Assembly (NCBI GenBank): GCA_009914755.4 | Contig: CP068257.2 | Location: 21,984,001 to 22,048,000 of the forward strand | Source: the human T2T-CHM13v2.0 reference genome, Homo sapiens | Reading direction: 5' to 3' | Length of the DNA: 64,000 nucleotides | Shown: positions 1 through 14,815 of the stretch, in pieces | Layout of the letters: each line of letters starts with the position of its first letter | Position numbering within the stretch: the stretch's first letter is position 1 | Program-made: the position numbers and the translations under genes | Notes under the pieces: generated by a model | Database searches by the model: none | Told to the model about the DNA's origin: nothing | The model's input: only the letters and a program-made list of their open reading frames with translations

Positions 1-898
1 AATAAATATTCATGTACATGTCATGTCTATACATATGCTTTCATTTTCCTATTCTTCAGAAAATACCTAAAACTGGGATGGTTGGGTTATATGGCATTAG
101 TATGCTTAACTTTTGAAAAAGATTGAACTCTTTTCTAAATTAATAGCAGCACTAAACATTTTCACCAATAATGTTTTGTTTCTTTCTTCCTTTGCAATAT
201 ATAACTGTTATTTTTTCCCGTCTTAGAGCACTAGCTATGATTTTCAATATGAAAAATAGAAATGAGGAGAAACGGTACTCTACTCTTGCCAGGTACCTGA
301 TCTTGGCATGGATATTGGGGAAAACCCACAGTTTCTTAATATTAGGTATGGAACTAGCTGTAGGACTTTTAAAAATGTTCTTATTCAAGTTTAGAAATTA
401 CCACTAATAGTTTGCTGGAAGTTTTCAATCACAAATGGATGTCAGATTTTGTCAGATAATTTTAGTTCATCAGTTAATATAATTACATAATTTATGTTAT
501 TTTTTCATGTATTTCTAAATTGGTTTTGCTAAAATTAACCTGTGAAACCATACTTACCTGGTGCTTTCATTATGTAAAGTCATTTGTTATTGACTTCATT
601 TATTTCAGCGAAACAGGTTTATTCCCATGATCTTTGTCTCTTCATGAAAGTTTTGGTATTTGTGTAGTTCAAGAAACTGGTACATTTTATCAAAGTTACC
701 AAATCAATGTGTATAGAGTTACTCATATTATTATTTTATTACTTTAATCAATGTTTATGAGGTCTGAAGTGATCACTTCTCTTTTATGTGTTCTATTTGA
801 AACTTTTGTCTTCTATTTTTTCTTAGTCTGGTTAAAGTTTTATCAATCGTACTAATCTTTTCAAAAAACAAGGGGATTTTTTAAAAAAATTATCTGTT

Positions 899-1195
899 GA
901 CTGGGTGTGGTGGCTCATGCCTGTAATTCCAGCATTTTGGGAGGCCGAGGCAGGCAGATCACCTGAGGTCAGCAGTTCAAGACCAGCCTGGCCAACATGG
1001 CAAAATCCCGTCTCTACTGAAAAATACAAAAAAAAAAAAAAAAAAAAAAAATTAGCTGGTTGTGGTGGTGTTCACCTGTAGTCCCAGCTACTCAGGAGGC
1101 TGATGCGGACTGTCACTTGAACCCAGGAGGCGGAGGTTGCACTGAGCCGAGATCCTGCCACTCTACTCCAGCCTGGGTGACTGAGCGAGACTCTG

Positions 1196-1199
<4 letters not shown>
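899..1199 (+). mobile_element. Alu SINE (AluS-like), full length
   Basis: Begins gactgggtgtggtggctcatgcctgtaattccagcattttgggaggccgagg and has an A-rich middle linker near 1027-1050. The right arm ends ccagcctgggtgactgagcgagactctgtctc. The dimeric structure matches the Alu consensus along its whole length. Confidence 0.95.
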
Positions 1200-1226
<27 letters not shown>

Positions 1227-1250
1227 TTATATATATATATAACCTATTAA
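1196..1250. repeat. (TC)n followed by (TA)n microsatellite at the Alu tail
   Basis: tctctctctctctttctctctctctctctttatatatatata is read directly from the sequence. Confidence 0.9.
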
Positions 1251-1264
1251 TTTTCCATTTCCAA

Positions 1265-2322
1265 TGTCACTGACTTTTGCTCAAATTTTTATTATTTAAT
1301 TTCTTTTGTTTAAGCTTCAGTTGTTCTTTCGTTCTCTACTTTCTCAAGGAAGAAGCTTTAGTTACTGATTTTTTACCTTCTTTTCTTATATATGAACTTA
1401 ATGTTACACATTTCTTCTAAGCATTGCTTTTGCTACATCCCATAAATGTTTATATATTGTGTTTACATTTTCATTTTGTTTAAAATATATTATTTTAATT
1501 TCTCTTTAAACTTATTTAACTCATTTGTTATTTAAAACTGTGTACTTTAATTTTCAAATATTTAGCAATTTTCCAGCTATATTTCTGTTACTGATACTAA
1601 TTTAATTTTATTGTCATTTGAGGATATTGGGGGGTTTCTATATTTTAAATTTGTTAAGCTCTGTTTATAGTCTATCTTGGTAAATATTTTATGTGAACTT
1701 GCAAAGAGTATAAATTCTACTGTTGCTGGATAAAGTATTCTGTAAATGTCAATTGTATCAAATCAATCAATAACGATGCTCCAGTCAACTATATTCTTAC
1801 CGATTTTCTGCCTGCGTGTTTTAGCAATCACTGAAAAGGGGATATTGAAGTCTTCAATCCAAATAGAGGATCTGTCATTTCTTGCTGTTTTTATCAGATA
1901 TTTCCTGATACAGTTTGACACTCTGCTGTTTGATGCATACTAATTAAGAATCATTATGCTTTCTTAGGGAACTGACCCCTTTATCATTGTGCAATGCCCT
2001 TCTTTATCTCTGACAATTTTAGTTAGTCTGAGCTTGGCTTTATTTGAAATTAATAGAGAAAGTCCAGCCCTAGTTTTATTAGTGTTCATATGCTATATCT
2101 TTCTCCATCTCTTTAATTTTAATTATTTACTTTTAACCAATCTGACTCATATTTAAAGTTGGTTCCTTGTAGATGTAATACAGCATGGTCATTTTAAAAA
2201 TCCACTCTGATTAAATTTCTGTCTGTGATTAAATGTCTGTGTCTTCTAATTCACCAAATAGAAGGGCACATATGTCTTTGTTAATAAACATAGATACTGA
2301 TAAAATGTCTATGTCTTCTTTA
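1265..2322 (-). mobile_element. LINE-1 fragment (older L1 family), antisense orientation
   Basis: tctactgttgctggataaagtattctg and its downstream context resemble the reverse complement of the start of L1 ORF2 (gttgctggataaagaattctgggttga...). The region is AT-rich and stop-rich. The family is not resolved. Confidence 0.45.
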
Positions 2323-2623
2323 TTATTTTTTTCTTTTTTTGACACAGAATCTCACTGTGTCACCCAGGCTGGAGTGCAGTGGTGTGATCTCGGCTCACTG
2401 CCACCTCTGCCTCCCCAGTTCAAGCGATCCTCCTGCCTCAGCCTCCTGAGTAGCTGGGACTACAGGCACGTGCCACCACACACAGCTAATTTTTTGTATT
2501 TTTAGTAGAGTCGGGGTTTCGCCATGTTGGCCAGGATGGTCTTGAACTCCTGGCCTCAAGTGATCTGCCCACCTAGGCCTCCCAAAGTGCTGGGATTACA
2601 GGCATGAGCCACTGTGCCTGGCC
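2323..2623 (-). mobile_element. Alu SINE (AluS-like), reverse orientation, with a ~17-bp TSD
   Basis: A poly-T run is followed by gacacagaatctcactgtgtcacccaggctggagtgcagtgg, and the element ends gctgggattacaggcatgagccactgtgcctggcc. The flanking direct repeats are aaatgtctatgtcttct at 2303-2319 and aaatgtctatttcttct at 2627-2643. Confidence 0.95.
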
Positions 2624-3751
2624 ATTAAATGTCTATTTCTTCTAATTGGTGGATACAGTTGCACTCATATCCACTATATACTGTTTCCTATTCCTTGCAG
2701 GTGTTCTTTTCTTCTTATTTTTCAATTCTTTTTGAAAGTCTTCTGTGGTTTTAGTTGAACATTTTATATGATTCTGTTTTATCTCTTCTCTTAGCATATC
2801 AATTATATTTATTTTTAAGTTATTTTATTATTTCAATTTACTATTTAATGTTTTAAAATTTTAATTTACATATAAATATAATTTGTATTAAAATTATATT
2901 ATTTAAATGGTTGTCCAAGAGTTTCATATAATGCTACATAATGCTTCATGTGCAGTTCATATATCTTAAAACAAAGCATCCCCAATTATAATCTCCCATC
3001 TTTTATGGTATGTTAGTCATTCATTTTATTTAGCTATATATGCTTCAACCATCCAATACATTTTTACTATTATGACTTTAGCAAACACTTACATTTTGAT
3101 GTATCTCAGCTCATCTGGCTACAAAGAAAAATAAATTTTAGATCTCTTAATAATAGGAGAGATACAATAGTTTAGTTTCATTTGCTTCCTCATCAATGTT
3201 TTTTATTTATGTAGATCTAAGTTACTGGTATTTAGCTTCTTCCACCTCTCTAAGTAAATTTTTTTTACTTTATTTGTAGGGAAGATCTGGTGGTGATAAA
3301 TTATCTTAATTTTTGTCAGGGAATGTCTTCTTTTTACCTACGCTTTTGAGGAATACATTCAGTAGATATATTACTGTATGTTTTTATTTAGCACATTACG
3401 TATTTCACTTGACAAGATTATATTTTTTGGATCCTTATTCTGCTTTGTGCTCACTAAACATTTTTGAACTTATGATTGGTATCTGTTATTATGGTGCAAA
3501 ATTCATAACCATTAATGCCTCAAATAATTTTTATGATAGCTTCTTTTTCCTTCTTTTCCATTTAGAAGTATGTTACACATGTAGCTATTGCTCCACAATT
3601 TCTGTATATTCTCTTTTTTTATTTTTAAAAATTTTAGTCCCTGAAATTTCTATTGACATCTCTTCATGTATCTGATTCTTTCACTGGCTGTGTTGAGTAT
3701 ATTGATAAGCCCATCTAAGACAGTCTTCACTTATATTACTGTGCTTTATGT

Positions 3752-3792
3752 TTAGATTATATGGGGATTATTTTAGATTATATGGGGATTAT
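3752..3792. repeat. 21-bp tandem duplication (ttagattatatggggattat x2)
   Basis: Two adjacent identical 20-21 nt units are read directly. Confidence 0.85.
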
Positions 3793-6700
3793 CGTCAACC
3801 TGCTTACCCATCTGCTCTTGCATCTTGTCCATGTTTTTCCATTCAAGCCATTAAAATAGTAATCATAACTATTTTAAATTCCGTGATTGATAATGCAAGC
3901 ATCTGTTTCATATCTGAGTATGGCTGTGATGTTTGCATTGTCCATTTCAGTTGTGTTTTTTTCTTGTCCTTAGGAATGCTTTGCAATTATCTTTTGAAAA
4001 TTGGGTGTGATGTATCTGGTAATAGAAATGCATATATAGGCTTTCATTGTAAGCATTTTTAATAACCTGGCTAGGTGTTGGGCAATGATCAATATATGTT
4101 TTAACTATAGTCATCAAAGTCCTAACATTTGCCTAATATCCTTGGATTTAATTTTTTGTGTTTTTTTTGTTGTTGTTTTGTTTGTTTGTTTTCTCCTCTC
4201 TTGAATTTGGCATTTTTCTGTGTACAACTCAGAGTGGTCTGTCTTGAAATTCTCTCATTTGTAATCCACTGAATCTATAATCCACCTAAAATTAGGTTTC
4301 TGAATTGTATTTAGGTAAAGTTATTTTTCCTGTATAGCAGCCCATTATTATAAAGCTGCGGGTGTATTTCACAATTATTATTCTTCCCCTCCACTCTCAG
4401 ATCTTATAGGGGCTCTTTCTTGGAGACTCACCTTGTGGTCCTACTGGAGTTTCTGGAGGCATAGCGAATTAGTGAACTCCAAAGATTGTGGCCCTAAGAT
4501 TCTCTAACTTTCATACTAGTCTACACTAGCAACTTATCAAAATTACCACTTGAATGTTTATACCATTTTATGAGTCCAGTTATTTCTGCTTTAGGTAAGC
4601 ATGTCTTAGATACTGTAGATGCACCTGTCTCCAGATGCAATTGCAGCTTTCTAACAGATCTGAAAAAAGTTGTTGATTTTATATATATTTTATTTTTGTA
4701 TGGACAGGAATGACAAATGACAATTTCTTTGTTCATTGAATGTTAGAGCTAAAACCTCAATGTTTTATAATATTTTATTTGTTCCTTCATGTATTGAGCC
4801 TTTATTTGTTGGGTGTTATTTTAGCTTTATTTTTAAATTCTTTTAAACTTTTTTTTCTGGAAAACATATGAGTTATTTGGACATAGTTTGATGCTTTCTA
4901 ATTTTGCTTTTAAGATTTGTTGGTCAGGATAGAACCTCAAACTAGGGCTAATTATTTTATACTATGAGGACAAGACTTTCCTGTGTAATCTAACCTGTTT
5001 CATTAATCTTACAATTTTTCAGTCAAACTGATGGCAATGGTCACTCTTCTTAGCCCTGTGTGACCACAAGGACCGTTCACCATAACGCTTTTGGATAACT
5101 CTTTCACCAGCTTCAGGTAATTTATTTGCATGCATGTGGTGTTCAAGACTCAGATGAATAATAGAGGGTATTCCTCCAAAGATCTCTGGAGTTCTTACTC
5201 ACAGCAGATCTTTCCTCTCCAGTATCCTGTATGACATATTCTAGCCATTTTTTTCTCCCTAAATACTAAGTACCATCTCAACTCAAAAAGTTTAGAAATT
5301 TTACAGGATCTCCTTGGGTTTCCCTTCCTTATCACGTATGAGAAACCATCAAGGCAGTAAGCTGGGACTTTTCTTTTCGTTTCTTTTTTTTATTATTGTT
5401 TTTGAAATATAATTTCAGGATGACCTCACTCATTGCTTTATGTTCAGTGTCTTTGAAAGCCTTGGTCAGTTTTTTTTGGTTGTCTCAGGTGTGAGGGTAA
5501 TTTCCATCTTTTGTGATTTCATCTTGATGGGGCACAGATGTTGGAGAAATGATGGGTATTTTTTTAAAGCTACAATTTCGAAGACAAATTAAATCAATAT
5601 AAGATACCTGATACTGATTTCTGATACCTGAGTTGAGACTATTATAGCATTTCTATTGAAGGAAAAATGAATAGTTAAATACATTTGGTTTTATACATAC
5701 TAATGTAAACAGATATTCACACATATGTGTTATGTATATATTTGAATGTTTTAATACCTATTTAATATTTACCTAAAATATTATATTTTTAAGTAAAATC
5801 CAACTCAATTTTGTGAGATTCTAGTCAGGCTATCCAATAGGCAGCTCTGTCAGAACTGCTAGACACTCCATTTTCCTGGACACAGTGCGTGATCTGTCAG
5901 TGAGCACAAAATGGTAGTTGGATCAACTGGAAGATTCATAGATAGTAGGGCTGGTTTTCCTCATTCCCTAGAATTATGTAGGCCTGGTGAACTGGGCACT
6001 GTCTTGAAGAAGATTAAGAAAGAACCCAATTATCAATAAGAACCAGGAGAAGGAGAAGGTGTGAATGATGGAGAAAGAACCCTGATAACATTATTTAAAC
6101 CACTGGATCCATTTAGGATCCACTGTGCCTAAAAGCAGTCTAATTTCTTGGACTTTTTAGATACATAAGGCAAGAAAATGCCTTATTTTTTCTTTAACCT
6201 AGTTTACATTGGGTTTCAGTCACTGCAGTGGCAACAACAATAAAAATCTTCTAACACAATTATTCAATTTTCTATTGGATAGAAAGATGCAAACTTTCCT
6301 ACTGGGAACACTTTCAAACAGTTTCGGAGAACTTCAGCTATTTTTTGCAAATATAGAAACTTTGAAATAAATTTTACCAGGCAGTTTTCATGTGGGAATT
6401 CTCCAGAAGGTGACTATGTGAAAATAAATAGGACATCAAAAAAGCAGTTTTTAAGAAGCTATATCATACACATTGTAGAATACATCATGTTTTATGTACT
6501 TTAAAATAATTCAGAACTAATGAAATTTAATGATGAATAATTGAATAAAGGCACATGTCAAAACATTTTAGTGGGGATTTATAGCGTAATAAACATTTAT
6601 TTCTGATGACAACTTCAATTTCCTTATCCACATTTCTCCATGACTACGTTTATTTTCAATTCCTTGTCATCCTGTTTGATGACCTATTTTTAATACTTTC

Positions 6701-7350
6701 AACTGCTGAAAACATTTAGAAAATAGTATCAATGAAACATTGGCCTTCTAATATGATATGTAGCAAACGTTTAAGCTTGATCATCACTTATTGCAAAAGT
6801 TCTTGCTGGCGTTTTAAGCAGGTGAAGAGGGAAATGAGGACAGAGAATGCATATACATAAGGCGTGGGAAGCCTTCATCACACCCACGTGTCTTCTGAGC
6901 CTTCCCAGGTGATCCAGGTGAGCTCATTTCTTACACTTCATTTCTCCAGCTTGTAATTAAATGGATTATGACTCCCAGTGGCTTTTGAATTTAATTACAA
7001 ATGCCATAGCCTTGATAATTATTACCTGGAGAAATAAAAGCTAAATTATACCACAAGCTTTGTCTTTGCAGTATCTCCATCTTTCTTCATCACTACACAT
7101 AAAAGTCTCATGCAGAGTTTTAACAACATGTTTCTACCACTCAATTTCGAGTTTCTTTGTTCTAAGACATTTAACAAAATATGCTCATATTTAAAGCAGA
7201 AACTTTAACCAAATCACAAAATGTCTCTCAATAAGGTATAAATATCAAGTATGTAGTGATATGGGCTCTTATCCGTTTTCTAATATCATGTTGATGTAGC
7301 TGATGGACATGCCTAGGATTTACTGCTTGTTTAAATCAAGAAGTTTATTC

Positions 7351-7396
7351 ATTGTTTTCTACTAAGTTTCTACATTGTTTTCTACTAAGTTTCTAC
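7351..7396. repeat. 23-bp tandem duplication (attgttttctactaagtttctac x2)
   Basis: Two adjacent identical units are read directly. Confidence 0.85.
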
Positions 7397-7710
7397 AAAA
7401 TCAAATGAATTACATCAACTGATGAATTTAATTTAAAATAAAATTGGGGGCTTCCTGGGCTGTTCCAAATATTCAGTACCCATACTTCTCTACAGACCTG
7501 TTCAGCTAGAATTCCTTCGGCCATTGGACAGCGTCACTTTCTCTCCCCAGTTGCAGTGTTTTGAAAAACATAAGAGGGAACCTAAGATTAATAAGCTTCT
7601 AGTTCTCATGATATTTTTATTATTCTAAATAAGATTAACTTTTTCAAAAGAGGAAAAATAATTAAAGAACACCAGTTACCTAGTAGCATCTTTAATTTCT
7701 TTCATTCCTT

Positions 7711-8016
<306 letters not shown>

Positions 8017-8901
8017 CGCATCTTTAATTCTTACATCATAAACTACTTTAATTTTTTAGTGTTTTATTCTATAGACTCACTATAGAAAGTTGTTCAATTA
8101 GTTTGAATATATTTGGAATTATACTACGGGACAGGCATCATGCTAGAAGTTAGATATAACACCATTGAAGAAAAAGTATAAACCATCATGAAGTTTGCCT
8201 TCTTTTTGAAAGATAGAAAGCAAACTATAGTTTGCTAACTAGTGTCTTATGTTACAAGTTTGCTAATCATCTCTTTCAGTATTTTTCCATGAGTGCAAAT
8301 TGGCAGCTCTGATAGGCAGGTAGGCCTAAATTTAATGACCTTGGACTTCAGATGTATTACAAGCACAAATTCTATATTTATTGTTTTCTTATGAAAACAC
8401 TAAACAAATATGAAAGAGCAGAATAATTATTTGATAAAGTTTCTATATTTTTAAATGTCATTAATGTATGTAATTTTAGATTAAATTGACTCCTGTGAAT
8501 ATATTACAGAATGCAAATTTTGCTACATTTTTGCAATACATATTGATTAGATTCATTTCTCATATTCTTTTCAGGGATATCACTGATTTCCTTTTTCAGT
8601 TTTCAGTATATTTGAATGATTACTGATTTTGCGTTCTTCATTGATTTTTGTTACACTACTATTTTACTTTCAAATTCTTATTAAGACATTCCAGTTTTTA
8701 ATAATCTCATTGAATATTAGCATGGTTCATTTTAGTTATGTTTATTTTGGAACTTGGTGATATTATTATGGTTGGATTTTTCCTTATTCATCCTTAAATT
8801 ACCAATATAATTTTTATGAAGTTATTTTTTTTCAAACAAGTTAATGTCCATATTTCTGATTTTAGTATATACATTACATATATATGTATATATACAAATA
8901 T

Positions 8902-8924
8902 TGTGTGTGTGTGTGTCTGTGTGT
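8902..8924. repeat. (TG)n microsatellite
   Basis: tgtgtgtgtgtgtgtctgtgtg. Confidence 0.9.
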
Positions 8925-9344
8925 AAGTGCGTATAGTTGCTTTAATTCCGTTTATATTGAGGGACAGCATGGCCTGCTAAGAACACAGATTCTGATGCCA
9001 GATTGCTTGGGTGAAGATCCTGGTTTTGCTACTTAATAGATGTGTGATCTTGGATAAATTCACTAACTTCACTGTCCCTCATTTTCTGTACAGTAATGCT
9101 AGCCCATTGGGTTGTAACAAAAATTGAAATATTTACTGCATGTAAAGCAGTGAAACATGATGAGGGTAGAAGGTTTAATTCATCACATAATAGAGCAGTG
9201 AAATTTGCCTCCTTGTGAAATATTAACCCCTCCGATCATGAAAATATCCTTCCTAAAATGATTTCATAATCATCTAAAAGAGACATTGTTAAGAAGCCCC
9301 AGAAACCGGATGGGAAGTTGAGTCTGCTTTTCTGTAAAATAAGA

Positions 9345-10470
<1,126 letters not shown>

Positions 10471-10489
10471 TGAAGTGTTCTCAAACACT

Positions 10490-11185
10490 AAAAGTAGAAC
10501 TAACATATGATCCAGCAATCCTACTGCTGGGATATATCCAAAAGAAATGAGATTAGTATGTCTATTGAAGCACTATTAATAATGGGCGAGATGCAGAATA
10601 AACCTGTGAGATAGATATATATTATATATATATAAAATATATATTATATATAATATGTATAATATATATAATATATTATATATAATATATTATATGTATA
10701 ATATATATAATATATTATATATAATATACTACATAATAATATATATTATATATAATATATACTATATATAATTATTCATCCGTGTATATTATTCATTCAT
10801 ATAAAAATAACGAAATATTTTCATTTACAACAACCTGGAGAATGGTGGTTACCACAGGTTGGGAAGGGTAGTAGAGATGGGGGAATGAAGAAGATGGTTA
10901 TTGGGTAGAAAAATACCATTAGATAGAAGGAATAACTTATAGTATTCAGTAGCAGCACAGTAGGACAATTACAATTACTAAGAATTTGTAGTATATTTCA
11001 AAATATCTAGAAGAGAAGATTTGGAATGTCCCCAACACAAATAGTGCTAAGTGTATGAGGTTGACAGATATCCCAATTACCTTTATTTGCTCATTAATCA
11101 TTGTATGCATGTATCAAATATCACATATATCCCACAAATATGTATTAATGCAACTGTTATGTATTCATAATTTTTAAAAGCTACA
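10490..11185 (+). mobile_element. LINE-1 3' portion in sense orientation (ORF2 C-terminal region plus 3' UTR, older primate L1)
   Basis: gatccagcaatcctactgctgggatatatccaaaagaaatgag ... cactattaataatgggcgagatgcagaataaacctg resembles sense L1 (ccagcaatcccactactgggtatatacccaaagga...cactattcacaatagcaaagac...). Further downstream, ggtggttaccacaggttgggaagggtagtagagatggggg ... tatttcaaaatatctagaagagaagatttggaatgtccccaacacaaat ... atatcccaattacc ... attgtatgcatgtatcaaatatcacatatatcccacaaatatgtat matches the 3' UTR of old L1. Confidence 0.65.
10612..10780. repeat. AT-rich minisatellite with a ~40-bp unit (gtataatatatataatatattatatataatatat...), embedded in the L1
   Basis: Pure A/T tandem units are repeated 3-4 times. 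Confidence 0.9.
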
Positions 11186-12540
11186 AATCAAAATTTGAGA
11201 AACCTCAAAGCACTGAATAAAATATTTTTAAAATCACTTTCTCTTAAATTTTCAAGAATTTATTAGCTTGGTTTTGCTACTTTACCTTGAAAAACTCATC
11301 TTTCTAATATTTGGAAGTAAATATTAAACCAAGAGAGAAGGTCAGAGAGATCTATGATCTGAAAGTCTAAGAACAATGCAGGAAGAAGCAGCTCATAAAA
11401 ATTAATCTGCAAGTTTGGCTGGTCAGGGGCAGTTTTGAACACAGGCATCTTTGTCTCAAAAGAAAAAGAAAAATCTCTTTTGTAGGAGACTTTATTTTTC
11501 TAGTGCTTTTGAATGTACTAAATCATCTTTAGTTATTTATATTGAGTTTATAATCTTACTGACTCAGTGAAAGAGTTCAAAAAATGAAATAGACTTAGCA
11601 CAACAATGCAACTAGAATCAGCAAAGAAATGAATGTTTTGTTCTGTCAAATCCCATTGCCACAATAGCTCTGCCAATTTGTTTGAAAAATGTACAACCCT
11701 GGGGTTTCGGCACCACTTAACAGCTGAGGGGAACAAAGTGTGTGTAGTGAGATACAAATCTTCTATACCATTAGTTCAATATATTTCTGCATAGCAGCTT
11801 TTCAAAAATTGGAAGCATATTTTGGCACCATGCTGTTTCAAAACAACAACAATAAAATCTGGGAAATATATGCAGAAAGCTGTCAGCCCTTAAAAGTACT
11901 GTTTTTAGTTTCTTTTCCATAGAACTACTGCTTGATTGTCTTAGTTCTTCTTTATCTATTATTCATCCAGATTATATTAACATGGGAACACCAGGTAGAC
12001 TTAAAGTTTATTAAGTGTGTGTGACTCAAAGAATTTTGAACAGGGTGAATAATTCAGTGCTTAATTAAAAATCTATTGACTAATTAGGGTAGGATATATA
12101 GCTTACACAATTTTTGGAAACAAATAAACAACCCCCTCAAAAAAGAACTAGAAAACAGCAATATCACTTCCAGATTACAAAATAAATATCATTGATATTT
12201 TGCTCATTTGAACCAAGGAGTTTTCACATAAGCAGATAGGGTGTTAATTAAGAGTTTTATAAAATAAGCATTTAAGATAAAAGTATTACATGGCTCTACT
12301 GAATGACACTGTTAGAAAACAATGCTATGATAATATCTTAATAAAATATATCTTTATAATAAGAATGTGTCAATAGGATACTATTGAGTTCAAGAAATTG
12401 TGCTAGTTATTTACATACATTCTTATAATCCTCACACTAATCCCACCTGATTTTTTTTGCCTTTGTTCTTCTGACAAAGAAACTGTGACTGAAAGAGAAT
12501 CGAAAGTCACATCACTTTAAATTTGTTGGACGCAACATAA

Positions 12541-12564
12541 CAAAAAACAAACAAACAAACAAAA
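12541..12564. repeat. (CAAA)n microsatellite
   Basis: caaaaaacaaacaaacaaacaaaa. Confidence 0.9.
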
Positions 12565-14289
12565 CTCCCTAAACCTGTTTGATTTCAATAAATTTTTAAC
12601 ATGGGTAGGAATAGTTACTGCTGGTACTTCTGAGTTATATGGAAATATATATATGAGAAACTAAAGAAAAATAAAACACTGAAGAGATAAAGAAGCAAAC
12701 ACACATTCATATACATTCAATTAATAGTTATAAATTGAGAATAAAACAAATATTTGCTTAGTATCATGAGAGAGGAAAAACTACTCTTTTAAAGAGGATC
12801 CAGTATAAAATGCTTAATAGTTATATTTGAGATATTTGGTTGTAAAATACTGGATATTAAATATAAGATGAGGCTCCTCATTAAATTATTATAATTCATG
12901 TTTTTAAATGTCGAAGCTACAAACACCTAAGCATGTTTGTTGGTGATTATAATGAAATTGTCTACATTTCCAACCGTTTGATTTTGAGATACATCTATTT
13001 TCATGAAATGTAAAATACATTTTGGACCAACTTTATGAACATTAGTAAATCATTCATCTACTCATCTGATTTGCAAATGAAGAAAATGTAAGAGAATGAG
13101 GATTAATTTCTACTGACTCATATGAAAAGCATGGTGGAACCTCAGTTGTGTAACACTAAAGAGAAGTGATTCATCCAAGGATGAGTAGGACCAGAATTAA
13201 AGAGAAGATAATGCAAGTGTATCATTTTCCTCTACAGAGAGTGGGTTAAGGAGGGTATATGACAAATTTGTCCAATCCTATCTAGTTTGGAGGGATGGCA
13301 TCAGAACTCCCAAAAATAAAGGTGATCATATATGGCAGAGAGCGTATTGTCATGAGAAAGGAGAATATTGGTTCATTTAGAGTATGGCTACGAGAGAAAG
13401 AGACCCAGGATCCTCGTTTAAAACAATGGAGCTGACAAAGTCTAGCAAGGTATCATAGATCCCAGCAAGGGATCTTGGTCACAGAAAAGAAAAAAAAATC
13501 AAGTTGCAACAAGAAACTGAACTGCAAATCAGGAATCATGGTGATATTTCACTTAGAAGAAAAATGCATGAATTATCTCTTTCCAAAAGACAGTGAGTGA
13601 GCGTGCAGATTCCCATGGACACTCCTAGGTATTAAACACTGGACTTAGAATACTTTATCTGTCAGACACAGCAATGATCTGCTAAGGAAATAAATAGATC
13701 TGTTTAAAGTCCTTTTTTTCCATGTAGAGGAAAATCTGAAACATCACAAACCCACATAGGATTAAACGTTACCCCCAAAAAACTCAAGAAACTAGGATAT
13801 ATTCCTTCAAAAGGAGGGAAAGTACTTAATTAAGGGTGAGGCTGCCTTTGGAAGACAATGCTAGAGGTATATGACAAAAATGGTTCCCATAGTTGGACTC
13901 GAGTTCTTTTGATGTCATTTGTAATGCCTGACCAAAACTACCAGTCACTAAGAAAAGGATGACATTGAAACAAAAATTACTTATATCTGATGAGTATAGG
14001 ACACTGCTAATAAATGCATTTTTCTTATAATGGTGTATTTATTTAGCAAAGTTATATTGACCATCCAATAGCTGTTAAACCCTAGCTTTAGCCATAGATA
14101 CATAACCCTAGTACTAGTTTTTGGAGAAAAAAGATGACTATAACTCAATCAATATATCTGAACAATTAACACCATTAATCCATGAGATTAATATGTAAAA
14201 TTTATATTTTTAAAACTAGGAAGCTAAGAACAAAATTTTGGTGATTTGTGTAGATATTGTGGACTTATCCACAAGTTTGAACTGTATTT

Positions 14290-14815
14290 TTTTATTATAA
14301 CATCATTTGGCAACAGTAATTCCACTGTTAAATGGTGGTATCTATCTCCAGCAAGTGTTATGATATTAATATTCATAGCGTCATTATTTGTCAGAGTCAA
14401 AAATTAGAAATAATCTGAATGCTCATCTACCCATAAATGGATAAGTAAAATGTGGTTTGTTGATACAATGGACTATTTTTCACCAATAAAAGGGAATGCA
14501 GTACTGTACTAACACAGGTAAAATATGGATGAATGTTAATAACAGTAAGATGACTGAAAGAAAACATTTTAAAAAACTGTAAGTTATATGATATCATATA
14601 CACGAAATGTCCAGAACAGACAAATGCATAGAGTAAATTCATTGTTGCCTAGGGCATGGGGGTTTGGTGGAGAATGAGAGGTGACTGCAAAAGAAAAAGG
14701 GATTTCTTTTTGGGATGATGAAAATATCCTAAAATTTATTGTGGTAATATTTGCACAACTTGTGAATCTACTAAAAACATTGAATTCTACAATTTAATTG
14801 CGCAAATTCTTTAGC
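14290..14815 (+). mobile_element. LINE-1 3' end (old L1M/L1P-type), 5'-truncated, sense
   Basis: gctcatctacccataaatggataagtaaaatgtgg (compare L1 ccatcaacagatgaatggataaagaaaatgtgg) and ggtgactgcaaaagaaaaagggatttctttttgggatgatgaaaatatcctaaaatttattgtggtaatatttgcacaacttgtgaatctactaaaaacattgaattctacaatttaa (compare the L1 3' end gatggaaatgttctaaaattagattgtggtgatggttgcacaactctgtgaatatactaaaaaccactgaattgtacac). Confidence 0.6.

Noticed and set aside
10612-10780. Regularly repeating AT-rich units that could be mistaken for a CRISPR-like repeat array.
   Set aside because: The units are directly adjacent with no unique spacers and are pure A/T. They are embedded in a eukaryotic L1 element. This is a minisatellite.
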